From the NCBI GenBank assembly GCA_964016885.1, contig OZ024744.1:64728001-64792000 (forward strand): DNA of 64,000 nucleotides. The letters run 5' to 3'. The DNA comes from Eledone cirrhosa. Its lineage: Eukaryota. Numbering within the stretch: the first letter of the stretch is position 1; the number at the start of each line of letters is the position of its first letter. Below the pieces are notes generated by a model, which ran no database searches, was not told where the DNA came from, and worked only from the letters and a program-made list of their open reading frames with translations. A program made the translations under genes and the position numbers. Below are positions 53,005 to 64,000 of this stretch, one piece after another.

Positions 53005-53124
53005 TTAAAACAAACTATTTTGTATCATAGAATAAGGGGTAGTTTTAGGCAGATTGATATGAAAAGACTTAAGGCCGAAAATGAAGCAAGAGAGTAATGA
53101 ATTGTGAACTATAGGATATAGCTA

Positions 53125-54692
53125 AAAGTAAGCCACTCTACCTGGCATTTGTCGATCTCGAGAAAGCCTTTGACAGAGTTCCACATGCTATAATCTGGGG
53201 GGCTCTTAGAAAACGAGAGTAGATGAATGGCTTGTGAAAGCTGTACAAGCCATGTATAGGGGAGCAGTAAGGAAAGTTAGGATTAGCAATGAGTATAGCG
53301 AGGAATTTAGCATACAGGTTGGTGTCCATCAGGGCTCTGTTCTTAGCCCTCTCCTGTTCATCATAGTCCTGCAGGCAATAACAGAGGAGTTTAAGACCGG
53401 ATGCCCATGGGAACTCCTGTATGCAGATGACCTCACACTTATAGCTGAATCTATGGTAGAACTAGAGAAGAAATTTCAAACTTGGAAGCAGGGACTAGAA
53501 AGAAAGGGTCTCAAAGTCAACCTGACAAAGACTAAGGTCCTTGTAAGTAGACTAGAAAACAGAGCTGAGATCCCCTCAGAGAAATGGCCTTGCTCAGTAT
53601 GTAGGAAAGGTGTAGGTAGGAACTCCATTCTCTGCCCCAAATGCAAACAATAGGTACACAAGAGATGTAGCGGGATCTCAGGAAGCTTAACTAAGAATGT
53701 AGGCTTCACATGTAGCAGCTGTGCTGGGACAGCAAGCAGCAAACAGCCACAGGAAACAAGTACCACCAATCTCTGGGAGGGCTCTGTAGAAACAGTAGAC
53801 AGCTTCTGCTACCTAGGTGACCGAATTAGCAGCGGAGGTGGGTGTTCAGAAAGTACAATAATTAGGGTAAGAACGGGATGGAAGAAGTTCAGGGAACTAC
53901 TGCCACTGCTAGCTGCAAAATGCTTTTCTCTCAAAATGAAAGGCAGACTGTATGATGCGTGTATACGAACAGCAATGTTACATGGTAGTGAGACCTGGGT
54001 GCTGAAGGTGGAAGACTTACGTAGATTAGAAAGAAACGAAGCCTGCATGCTCCGATGGATGTGTAATAGTAATATACGCGAACGGCAAAGCATAAATGAA
54101 TTGAGAGAGAGACTGAGCATAAGAGGAATCAAATGCTGTGTGCAGGAGAGGCGGATGCATTGGTATGGACATGTGATGCGTATGAAGGATGACAGCTGCA
54201 TAAAAAGGTGCAGAGCACTAGAAGTCAATGGAAACCGCGGAGTGAGGAGATCCAAGAAGACCTGAGATGAGGTGATAAAAGCCGACCTTACCCAATTACA
54301 CCTCTCAAAGGCGATGACACACGACCGTGACCTCTGGTGTCACGCAGTAATACAGAGTACCCGACCTCTCATGGGTACAAGCTGAAGCATATAGACAATA
54401 TGCCCCCACACCCTCCCACTGTAAAGTGGTCATGGAGGTGCCACGGCAAAAAAGCACCCAGCCCACACTGTAAAGTGGACGTGTAGGCGCCACGAAAAAG
54501 CACCCAGCACTCACTGTAAATGAGGTTGGTGTTAGGAAGGGCATCCAGCTGTAGGAATCAAGCCAAAATCAGTTCCTGTATGAGTGAGCAAGGCATGGTC
54601 AGCCGACCAGACACTGCCCACAACAGGACAACCCATCTAACCCATGCTAGCATGGAAGAATGGACGTAAAACAGTGATGATGATGATGATGA
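53125..54692 (+). mobile_element. RTE-clade LINE, 5'-truncated, well-preserved RT with PHD-type finger, 3'UTR and (ATG)n tail
   Basis: LAFVDLEKAFDRVP, GVHQGSVLSPLLF, ELLYADDL, C4HC3 segment 53585-53722, FCYLGD, MLHGSETW, WYGHVMRM; a few stops. Confidence 0.92.
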
Positions 54693-54818
54693 GGACTGCT
54701 CACAGAATGATGCTGTAATATATGAGCAGAAAAAACACAAAGGTTACAGCCAAAGACATTATTAACAACATGTATCCTTGGTTAATAGTGATTTTTGTGC
54801 AACAGTACAGGTACATTG

Positions 54819-55189
54819 CAGACCTGTCAAATCTCCCCATCTGATGGGGGACATCTCTCACCCACTTTAGGGTGGGTGAGAGATGTCTTCTCTTGTGAAT
54901 GGGTATAGTATTCATTATGTTAAAGGTGAATTGGCAGTATCAGTTGGACATGTTTTCCAGCATAGTTACGTCCCTTTATGATCTGAGTTCAAACCCCACC
55001 GAGGTTAACTTTGCCTTTCATCCTTACGGGGTCGATAAAATAAAGTACCAGTAATGCACTGGGTAATTGCTGGCCTTGTGCCAAAAGTAGAAACAATTAT
55101 GTAAAATCTCCCCATTTTACCTCGTTTCTCTCCATTTTGGGGGAATTCATGATACTCCCCGTTTGGGTGTTTAGAGGTTGGCAGGCATG
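54819..55189. mobile_element. hAT-like MITE with 6-bp TSD, containing a nested family C SINE (about 54925-55100)
   Basis: Ends CAGACCTGTCAA / TTGGCAGGCATG; flanks ACATTG (54813-54818) and ACATTG (55190-55195); second copy at 61641-61851. Confidence 0.75.
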
Positions 55190-55358
55190 ACATTGTAAAT
55201 GTGAGGATTTGGAACAATATAGGATCAGGTGGGATTTGCATGAACATTTAGGTTTTGAAGACTCTTGAAGATCACTGGCTATTATGAAATTTTACTCAAT
55301 TGTGTGTGTGCATGTGTGCGTGTATGTGTATGTGCGTGTATGTGTGTGTGTGAGAGAA

Positions 55359-55393
<35 letters not shown>

Positions 55394-55789
55394 AAGGGAG
55401 AAAGAGAAAAAGAGAGAGAGAAAGACAGAAGGATGTCAATTATGATCAGTTTCTACACGTGTGGGAGTAAGAGCGACATGAGGACAAGTTGGGATGATTA
55501 AAAACCAACAACAACAACAACGACAACAACAAAACGTGAGGGGCAGTGGTAGACAATAGCAACAAGAACCACAACCTCTGACCAGATGTGTTATATATAT
55601 ATATACAAGGCACTAATGATTAGAAACATCACATGTTTAGTGTGTGATTAGATGAAAATGCCATATATTCTGAGAATGGGAAGTAATAAATAAATATGTG
55701 ATAATTCTTGGTAATATCTGACACACTGATAATGTCTGTACACATTAATAATATCTCTGTATACATTAATAATATATACAGACATGAAT

Positions 55790-56320
55790 AATGCTTTCTG
55801 ATTTAGGCTTAAAGCCAACAATTTCAGGGGAAGGGAAAGTCGATTAAATTAACCCCAGTGTATTACTGGTGCGTTATTCTATTGACCCTCGTAAGGATGA
55901 AAGTCAAAGCTAACCTAGGCGGGTTTTTAAATCAGAACGTAAAGGGTCATAACTCTATGCCGCGAAGTAGGGTGTCCAATGCTCTACAAATACTGCCAAT
56001 CCTTTGGGAGAGGGGAAAGTCAATTAAATTGACTTCAGTGCATTACTGGTGCTTTATTCTATTGACCCCTGTAAGGATGAACGACAAGGTTAACCTCGGC
56101 GGGATTTGAACTCAGATTGTAAAGGGCCGTAACTCTATGCTGCAAAGCATAGCGTCCGATCCCCTAGCGATACTGCCAATCCACCGTATATAATATATAA
56201 TTGTTTCTACTTTAGGCACAAGGCCAGAAATTACCCAGTGCATTACTGGTACTTTATTTTATCGACCCTGTAAGGATGAAAGGCAATGTCAACCTCAGCG
56301 GGATTTGAACTCAGATCGTA
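55790..56320 (-). mobile_element. Three tandem family C SINEs
   Basis: Repeated ATTACTGGT..GACCC..GTAAGGATGAA motif at about 55862, 56042, 56242. Confidence 0.8.
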
Positions 56321-56828
56321 ATATTGCTGGTGATGGCAACCGTTCTGAGAAAAAGAACTTAATACAAATGTAGAGTATGTATCTTCATCTTCATATGCTC
56401 ATACTATCACTGCTATGAACTTAAAATATGCAGTTATCATCTAAGCATTTGTTTGTGGGTTAATGTTATCATATTTACTCTGAGTACTTTTACTGACCAA
56501 GTAGAAGTTATCTTGTTACTGTAATTGTTATTGATATTATTTTGTGTTACAGAAAGACAAACTGGAGCAAATAGAAGAAGACCAGAACAAAGAGGAGATG
56601 CAGAGGAGCAAGAATAATCATTGAGAAGGTCACAGAATGTATGATGAAAGCGCTTTGACAATTAAATATGACAATTAAACAACCATCTGATTCAAGGTGA
56701 AGTTGACCACTTGTAGGAGCAGGCTTCACATGGTGGAATGGCCGTTCCTACATGTCCACCTTGCCATCCTGTAGGGCAATGTTTTCTTCATTTGGTCCAT
56801 TGAGAAGAGGAGGTATATTAACTCTTAA

Positions 56829-57043
56829 CCCATTTACATTACTCTAAATTTACTATTGTATTTCCATGGTAAAGGCTTTATCTCACATAATTATCTCATA
56901 TAATATCGAAGCTATGAGATTCTGATGTTATTTATTTTGAGAACAATACCTTAACATGAGTATGAGTGGCTGGTTATGGCCAGTTTGAACAGAATGAGGT
57001 GAGAAAATGCTGGTTGGCTACAGCCAGTTTAAATGCTAAAGAG
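56829..57043. mobile_element. piggyBac-like MITE
   Basis: TTAA-CCC...AAATGCTAAAGAG-TTAA; body homologous to 4507-4783. Confidence 0.7.
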
Positions 57044-57429
57044 TTAAATGAGAGTGAAGTTGTCTGTATGCAGAAAGTCAAATGAGAATTGAAGTGTTAT
57101 TGAAAGAGTTAGTCAGTTACACATGAATGGTTTTACTGAAAGATTAGGAGTTACTTGGTGGCCATTTAAAAAAAAAAAAAATATATATAGATACACTGAT
57201 ATTTGTACCCTTGTTATATCAAATCAACAAAAACTGCCCTTGGCTCTCTGATATAAAATTGCTTCTTACTAAACTGAGAGATGGAAAGAGAAAAACGATC
57301 AACAAAATTATAGATCTCATTATCTTACCAAGTAGGGTGGAACCTGTTAAATCAGACCAAGGAAACAATGTTTTCATTGCTTTTTCCATTGCTAATACTA
57401 TCTACTGGTTGTAATTCCTAGCAGAAAGA

Positions 57430-57782
57430 GCAATGTGAAATAAAATGTGTTACTCAAGGACATAACACATCGCCCGGTCTGGGAACTGAACTCGCAACCT
57501 GTGTATCTAATTCTCTAACCACTAAGCCATATGACTTCACTATCCAAGGAATTGATTAGTTACCTAACTAATAATGATTTTTACTATAGGCACAGGGGCA
57601 GCAATTTTGGGGAGTAGGGAAAGTCCCAAATCGACCTCAGTACATTACTGGTACTTTATTTTATTGACCCTGTTAGGATGAAAGGCAAAGCTAACCTTGG
57701 TGGGATGTAAATTCAGAATATAAAGGGACGTAACTCTATGCTGCGATGCATGGTGTCTGACGCTCTACTGAGTCCACCACCC
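57430..57782 (-). mobile_element. Truncated CORE SINE (57430-57540) and family C SINE (57570-57782)
   Basis: Homology to the families above; CTAGTTACCTAACTAA-like duplication flanks the family C copy (about 57556 and 57782). Confidence 0.7.
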
Positions 57783-58888
57783 TAGTTACCTAACTAAAAA
57801 TAAAACTGAAGTGAAAATCAAATAGTGCATATGTTTTTATTGGCAACATGACCCTCCCGAAGTAAAACAATATTTGTATTATACATTTTACCAGAAACAT
57901 TGTTTTATAGTTTTAATGTAAAATAAAATTTGAAATAAAAATAAAAGAATAAATAACTAGATAAAAAAAATTAAATAAAAAAAAAACTACTTTATTCAAA
58001 TTTTAGAAACAAATGTAAACAATAATAAACAATCAGATTAATAGGGAAAAAAAAAAAACTGGGAAAAACAACAAAAAACTAAAAAAAAAATAAGGGGTGT
58101 AAGATTATTGTAAAATATTTTTACTACCAAAGTGACATTATTATCTGACCTTTTTTTTTATTTATTTTATTGGCCTACTTTAGTAGCATCATTTACTTCT
58201 CCGGGATTGGTTATTTAGCAAGCCATGTTGAGGTATCAGCGTCGCAGGAAACAGGCTAGAAATTTACTCCTTAGTATTTCCTGTCTTAGTTTTGAACTAT
58301 GAAGCTAGTCAACTAATCTGCATGAATCTTTTGAACAAAGGCACAATACCGGAAGTGGTTCTTATTAGAAAGATATCCTTCCACCCACCTCCAACCCACC
58401 CTCCAACCCCACCAAACACCGCCCCCTCCCTCCCTTCCACCCCTCCTCACACACCTCACTCAGTTACTCTGCTGCTTTACACTCCCAAACATATTTAATT
58501 ACCTAATTTGGTAAATAGGACTTAATGTCGCCTATAGCTTCCATTATGTGAAGATAATTCATACATACTGAACCAAAATTATGGTCTTTATCTTGAAAAT
58601 AAGATAACACACACACATGCATGCATGCATGCTCATGTGTGAGCATGCACACGCACACACACATACACTCACAAACACACACACACTCACACTCACATAC
58701 ACACACATGAATGCACACACATGAACACCCATTAACACATTCCAATATATATATATGCGAGCAAGACAATCACTCTTGCCTCAAGTGGGACTACCCCCGT
58801 CCAAACCCATGCAAGCGTGGAACACGGACGTTAAACGCTGATGATGATGATGATGATGATAGTGGGTTGAGTCTATGTATATATATAT

Positions 58889-58920
<32 letters not shown>

Positions 58921-58940
58921 ATATATATATATATATATAC

Positions 58941-59029
<89 letters not shown>

Positions 59030-59032
<3 letters not shown>

Positions 59033-59377
59033 TCATCATCATTTCATCATTTCATTTTACGTCCTCTTTTCCCTGCTTGCAAGGGTGGGACGGGAACTGA
59101 TGCTGGCTTGATTTCTACAGCTGGATGCCCTTCCTAACACCAACCTCATTTACAGTGAGTGCTGGGTGCTTTTTTGCCGTGGCACCTCCACGACCACTTT
59201 GCAGTGGAATGATAGGGACTGGGGTCCCTATCATCTCATTTCTACAGCTGAGTAAACTGGAGCAATGTGAAATAAAGTGTCTTGCTCAAGGAAACAACAC
59301 ATCACCCGGTCTGAGAATTGAACTCACAACCTTTCGATTGCAAGGCCAATGCTCTAACCACTAAGCCATGTGCCTCC
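59030..59377 (-). mobile_element. CORE-type SINE family B
   Basis: Reverse complement of the 6506-6853 type. Confidence 0.85.
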
Positions 59378-59380
59378 AAT

Positions 59381-59418
<38 letters not shown>

Positions 59419-59696
59419 GTACACACATAAGAATCAATCATCATCATCATTTTGTCTGCTTTTCCATGCTTGCATGGGTTGGATGTTTGTGTATTGGGGT
59501 GTGGTGGGGGTGACGGGTGTAATTGTATATACTCATATATAATTATAAATATACATACATAATTAAATGCAATTGCATCTAATTTACCCACACACAGACA
59601 GACACAACACACACACACATGCACATATTCAAAAAGCTACACACATACATACACATTTATATATGTATATATGTATATGTATATATATATATGTGA

Positions 59697-59729
<33 letters not shown>

Positions 59730-59780
59730 CACATATATAAATATACACACACACATATATATATATATACACACATATAT

Positions 59781-59811
<31 letters not shown>

Positions 59812-59813
<2 letters not shown>

Positions 59814-60690
59814 GAGCTTATACCACTATTAGCTGCTAAAGGGTTCTCACTAAAAATGAAAGGCAGGTTGTACGATGCCTGCATACGAACAGCAATGCTG
59901 CATGGCAGTGAGACCTGGGCATTGTGTGCAGAGGATATACGCAGACTAGAGAGGAACGAAGCTTGCATGCTCCGCTGGATGTGTAACAGTAATATACGTG
60001 AACGGCAAAGCATAAACGAACTAAGGAATAAATTAGAGATAAGAGGGATCAGATGTTGTTTACTCGAGAGAAGGCTACGTTGGTATGGACACGTGATGCG
60101 CATGAAAGTCGATAGCTGTATAACAAAGTGCAGGGCAATAAAGATAGACGGTAGTCACGGAATAGGCAGACCTAGAAAAACCTGGGACGAGCTGATAAAC
60201 TCCGACATCACACACTTACACCTCTCCAAGACAATGTCACTGGACCGAGACCTTTGGCGGTACTCAGTAACAGAGAAGACCCGCCTTACCTAAATATATA
60301 GTAAAACCTACTCCAGCCAGTAGGCATCTCTAACAAATACACCCCGTCCCACCACCCCCACCCGATCCACACCACCCCGTTCTATGTAAAGTTATGTTGG
60401 TGCCGCGCCATCGAGGCCGAAACAAATGAGATCGTGTAGGTGTCACGACAAAAAAACACACAGTCCACGCTGTAATGTGGCCGTGTAGGCAACACGGTAA
60501 AAACCTCCCAGACCCACACTGTAAATGTGGTTGGTGTTAGGAAGGGCATCCAACTGTAGAAAACCTGCCAGACAGTCCTATGCGAGCAAGACAATCACTC
60601 TTGCCTCAAGTGGGACTACCCCCGTCCAAACCCATGCAAGCGTGGAACACGGACGTTAAACGCTGATGATGATGATGATGATGATGATAT
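59812..60690 (+). mobile_element. RTE LINE 3' fragment with 3'UTR and (ATG)n tail
   Basis: ELIPLLAAKGFSLKMKGRLYDACIRTAMLHGSETW...GRPRKTWDEL...EKTRLT*; its last ~100 bp recur almost identically at 58755-58860. Confidence 0.9.
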
Positions 60691-60964
60691 ATATATGTGT
60701 GTGTGTGTTTTTGTAGATGAACATATATTTATTTAGGTTTGTGTATAATTGCTGATCAGTACAAATGTAGAATGTTATGATGATTAGTATGTCACCAAAA
60801 ACTTTGGTACACACAGATCTTTGGATAAACTTCTATATGCTATTTTGTTGCATTTGTATACGTTTCTTGGTTTAAATTTTTAAATTTCATCATAGTTAAA
60901 AATATCGTTGGACAAGATTGACTACATTTGTGCAAGTTGTGATCTTCAACTCAGTATATTTTGT

Positions 60965-61307
60965 TGTTCTTGTTGTTCTTCTTCTTATTCGCCCTCTTAT
61001 TCCTGAAAGTGTCTTCAAACACTCCTTCCGGTGGGTCCTGTCGGAAGCAACCGTCTCCTACTGTGGTTAGAATGTCTGAGGAAAGAATTGCTTGAACAGA
61101 TTTTACGGGCAAAACCAACCGGTAAGAGATCCAGATGGTTGGATAACGTCCATAAGCTTGGCTGGTCTTGTTTGGGGGATCCAGTCAGATCAGTTAGAGA
61201 TGGTTGCTCTGACAGGACCCACTGGAAGGAGTGTTTGAGGACTCTGCCCCCCCCCCCCCCCCCAATTACCCTCTCAGGAATAAGTGGGCAAAGAAGAAAA
61301 AGAAGAT
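60965..61307. mobile_element. Two Rex3-like RTE 3' ends joined head-to-head
   Basis: About 60965-61058 minus-strand end with (TTC) tail; 61062-61307 plus-strand end with (AAG) tail. Confidence 0.7.
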
Positions 61308-61640
61308 CACAATTGACTTTAACTTCCTTGCTTACTTGTATTAAAAAAAATCAAGGGATGGAGAAGTCAATAATGTCAAAATTGTTTATATACTAAGAGT
61401 TATGTTAATTGACTATATAGCTACATTTTCCCCTCCACAATTGGGGTGGGGAAATACAGTTGACCTTTTGTGAGTAGAGAATTGAAATATGTATATATAT
61501 TTGTATAAATATTGGATGGAATGAATCAGTGATTGATCCATTGGAATCTTATAACCAATGATGTTATCATTCAATGATGCTGCCATCACTGTCTTTCTTT
61601 TGCAACCCACCATGGCATGTATCTTATCCATCATCTTCTT

Positions 61641-61851
61641 CAGACCTGCCAACCTCTAAAAACCCAAAGAGGGAGTACCATGAAAAAAAAAGTGCCTCAA
61701 AACGGGGAGAAATGAGGCAAAATGGGGAGATTTTACATAATGAAAGCTATACTCATTTTATGAACAGAAGACATCCCCCACCCCACCCCAAAGTGTGTGT
61801 GTGTGTGTGGGGGGGGGTCTCTCTGTTGGATGGGAAGAGTTAACAGATCTG
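61641..61851. mobile_element. hAT-like MITE, second copy (opposite orientation to 54819-55189)
   Basis: CAGACCTGCCAAC ... GTTAACAGATCTG; flanks CTTCTT / CTTCTG. Confidence 0.65.
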
Positions 61852-62385
61852 CTTCTGCCAACTTCTCATACCAATCATTCTGTTTAGTTCATCATACACC
61901 TTCTCTCTCCTTACACATTTACTTTCATCCCTCTCCTATCATTGTTCTCTTTCTTTTTATATTCACCCGCTTCACCACATTGTCTTGACCAAATGGAGAT
62001 ACTAAAAAGTAGTGAAGATTGTTTAGCTGAGCTTTCTAAGGGATAATGCAACCTCTCTAGTGTTGATGTCATGATAAATTGCTCTTAGTTTGTTTTGTAA
62101 AGTGGTTGGCAAAGGAATACAGACAGCATAGGGTTGAGAAAATTGTTTAGTCCTGCTGAGAATGCAACTTCTTTAGTGTTGGTGACACAATAAAATTCCT
62201 CTAGCATACTCTGTAAAGTGGCGGATGTTAGGAAACACATACACCTGGAGAGACCATGCGGAAAATGAATAGTATAAAGGAAATGATATTGTTGTTGGGG
62301 GTGATGGTTTTGGTAATAATGATACAAAACAAAAACAAAAAAAGTAAAAAGGATATATTTGTTTTTAAAGGAGTGACTTAAGAGT

Positions 62386-62707
62386 AGAGCCATAACTAGG
62401 GAAAATAGCACCTATGGTAAGCAGAGAAATTGCGCCCCTGCCCAGCACTGTATTTTTACCTATGGGCCTAACAATTTATATAAATGGTTTAATGATCCAG
62501 CCACCATAGTGTTCTCACCCATGATAATCAAAGACAGATCTTATGTCTGAAGGAGTTTCTTTTTTCACTCTCCAATGAGGCTTATTTGACTTTAATAGAA
62601 CGTGCTCCTAGTCCATGTGCCCCCCCCTTCATGTGGAACCTATGGCAGATGCCATGAGTGCCACGTGAAAGGGGGGGGGGGGGCGCCACTTGCCCTAGTT
62701 ACGCTTT
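62386..62707. mobile_element. Degenerate TIR element (MITE)
   Basis: GCCATAACTAGGGAAAATAGCACC ... GGCGCCACTTGCCCTAGTTACGC imperfect TIRs. Confidence 0.45.
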
Positions 62708-62709
62708 TG

Positions 62710-63650
62710 CTCAAGAGGTTTGTATTTGTAAGCTAAAAGTAAGTCACCATAATTAGCTTTTATTGACTTGGACAAGGCCTTTAGCAGGTTGCTATGCTCT
62801 ATAGCCTGATGGTCTTTAAGAAAATGTGGTGTAGATGACTGATCTGTAAGAGTTGTACAAACCATGTACTGAGATATTGTCAGTAAAGTGAGAGTTTGCA
62901 ATGAGTTTAGTGCAGGTGGATGTGGATCAATCCTTGGCCTGCAGTTCCCTCTTGTTTATTATAGTTATCTAAGCCATTACTGAGGAGTTTAAGACTGTTG
63001 TCCATGCAAACTCATGTATGCTGATAACCTAGTTCCTATGGGTTAATCTGTGAAAGACTAGAATTTTCCAGACCCTTATGGAAGAGTTTAAGGCTGTGTG
63101 TTCACGGGAAATTCTATATGGTGAAAATCTAGTGTTTATATCTGAACTTGTAGAAGATCTAAAAGAGAAAATTCAAACGTAGAAACAAAACCTAGCATTG
63201 AATGACCTCAGAGTCAATTAAACAAAGATTAAAGTTTTAGTAAGTAGGATAGAAGATAAACCTGCTGTTATCAAGGAAATAGCCATACTTGATATACAGA
63301 AAAGTACTTAAGTGAAACTCCATACAATGTATCTAAGAGCGTAAACTATGGGTATACAAGAAGTGTAGTGGGATCACAGGAAGATGAACAAAGAAAATAA
63401 TTTTGTGTATGACAGATGCACAGAGGTAGTTAGTATAGCAATATAACCAGTGAAACAAACTCTTTCCAATCCAATGAAGGCTCCACAAAAGTAGTTAATA
63501 GCTTCTAAATGACCTAGCTGAGAACAGGAGGTTGGCCTGAAAACATAGTGACCAGAATAAGAACAGGATGAGAAAAGTTTATGAAGGAAATGACTATGAT
63601 GACCAACAATACTCTGTGCTAGAGAGGACTTGCCCACAGGTGTAAGTATG
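62710..63650 (+). mobile_element. Very degenerate RTE LINE (PHD lineage) RT fragment
   Basis: LAFIDLDKAFSR, LMYADNLV; collinear with 53125-53900. Confidence 0.7.
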
Positions 63651-64000
63651 TGAAAGAGTCATTAAAATAAAGATAGTCATAATGGAGGCAAGCATGTATA
63701 ATATATCATCAGGCCTCTTGCTCACTATACTTCTGTTGCTCTATTTGCTATCCTTTCATCTACCTCAATCTATTTTATTCACTGTACCACACTGACTGAA
63801 AAACAAGAGTAGGCATTTCATCTGCTTGTATTCAATTCTTTCACCATCACCCATTAGCTTTATCATACCGATTACACTGGTCAACAACCAAAATGCTTCT
63901 GAGACCAAAGTAGCAATTTCCAACGAATATCATGGTTAAAACTGTTTGTTAGTTCTACTTTTCAACATACGTATGTTTCTAGTGCGGTGACCTTTGCATG

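Overview
AT-rich, microsatellite-dense eukaryotic DNA. The repeat repertoire suggests an octopus/coleoid cephalopod intron or intergenic region (inference from repeat types, not tested). No host protein-coding gene could be supported; nearly all listed ORFs are microsatellite translations or retroelement debris. The window is a stack of mobile elements: Penelope-like fragments (GIY-YIG, RT, hammerhead-like cores, an inverted pseudo-LTR), two unrelated Ty3/gypsy pol relics, a Tx1/L1-clade LINE with a 5' inversion fused to one gypsy relic (14.7-22.2 kb), several RTE-clade LINE fragments (one lineage with a PHD-type finger inside ORF2), a Dong/R4 cluster in (TAA)n tracts, three or more tRNA-derived SINE families, hAT/piggyBac/Tigger-type MITEs, and a 2.9-kb 33/30-bp minisatellite that is open in four reading frames. 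The best leads are the twin-priming-type Tx1 inversion, candidate ribozymes/structured RNAs, and SINE-LINE tail sharing and targeting relationships. Coordinates of degenerate repeats are approximate.
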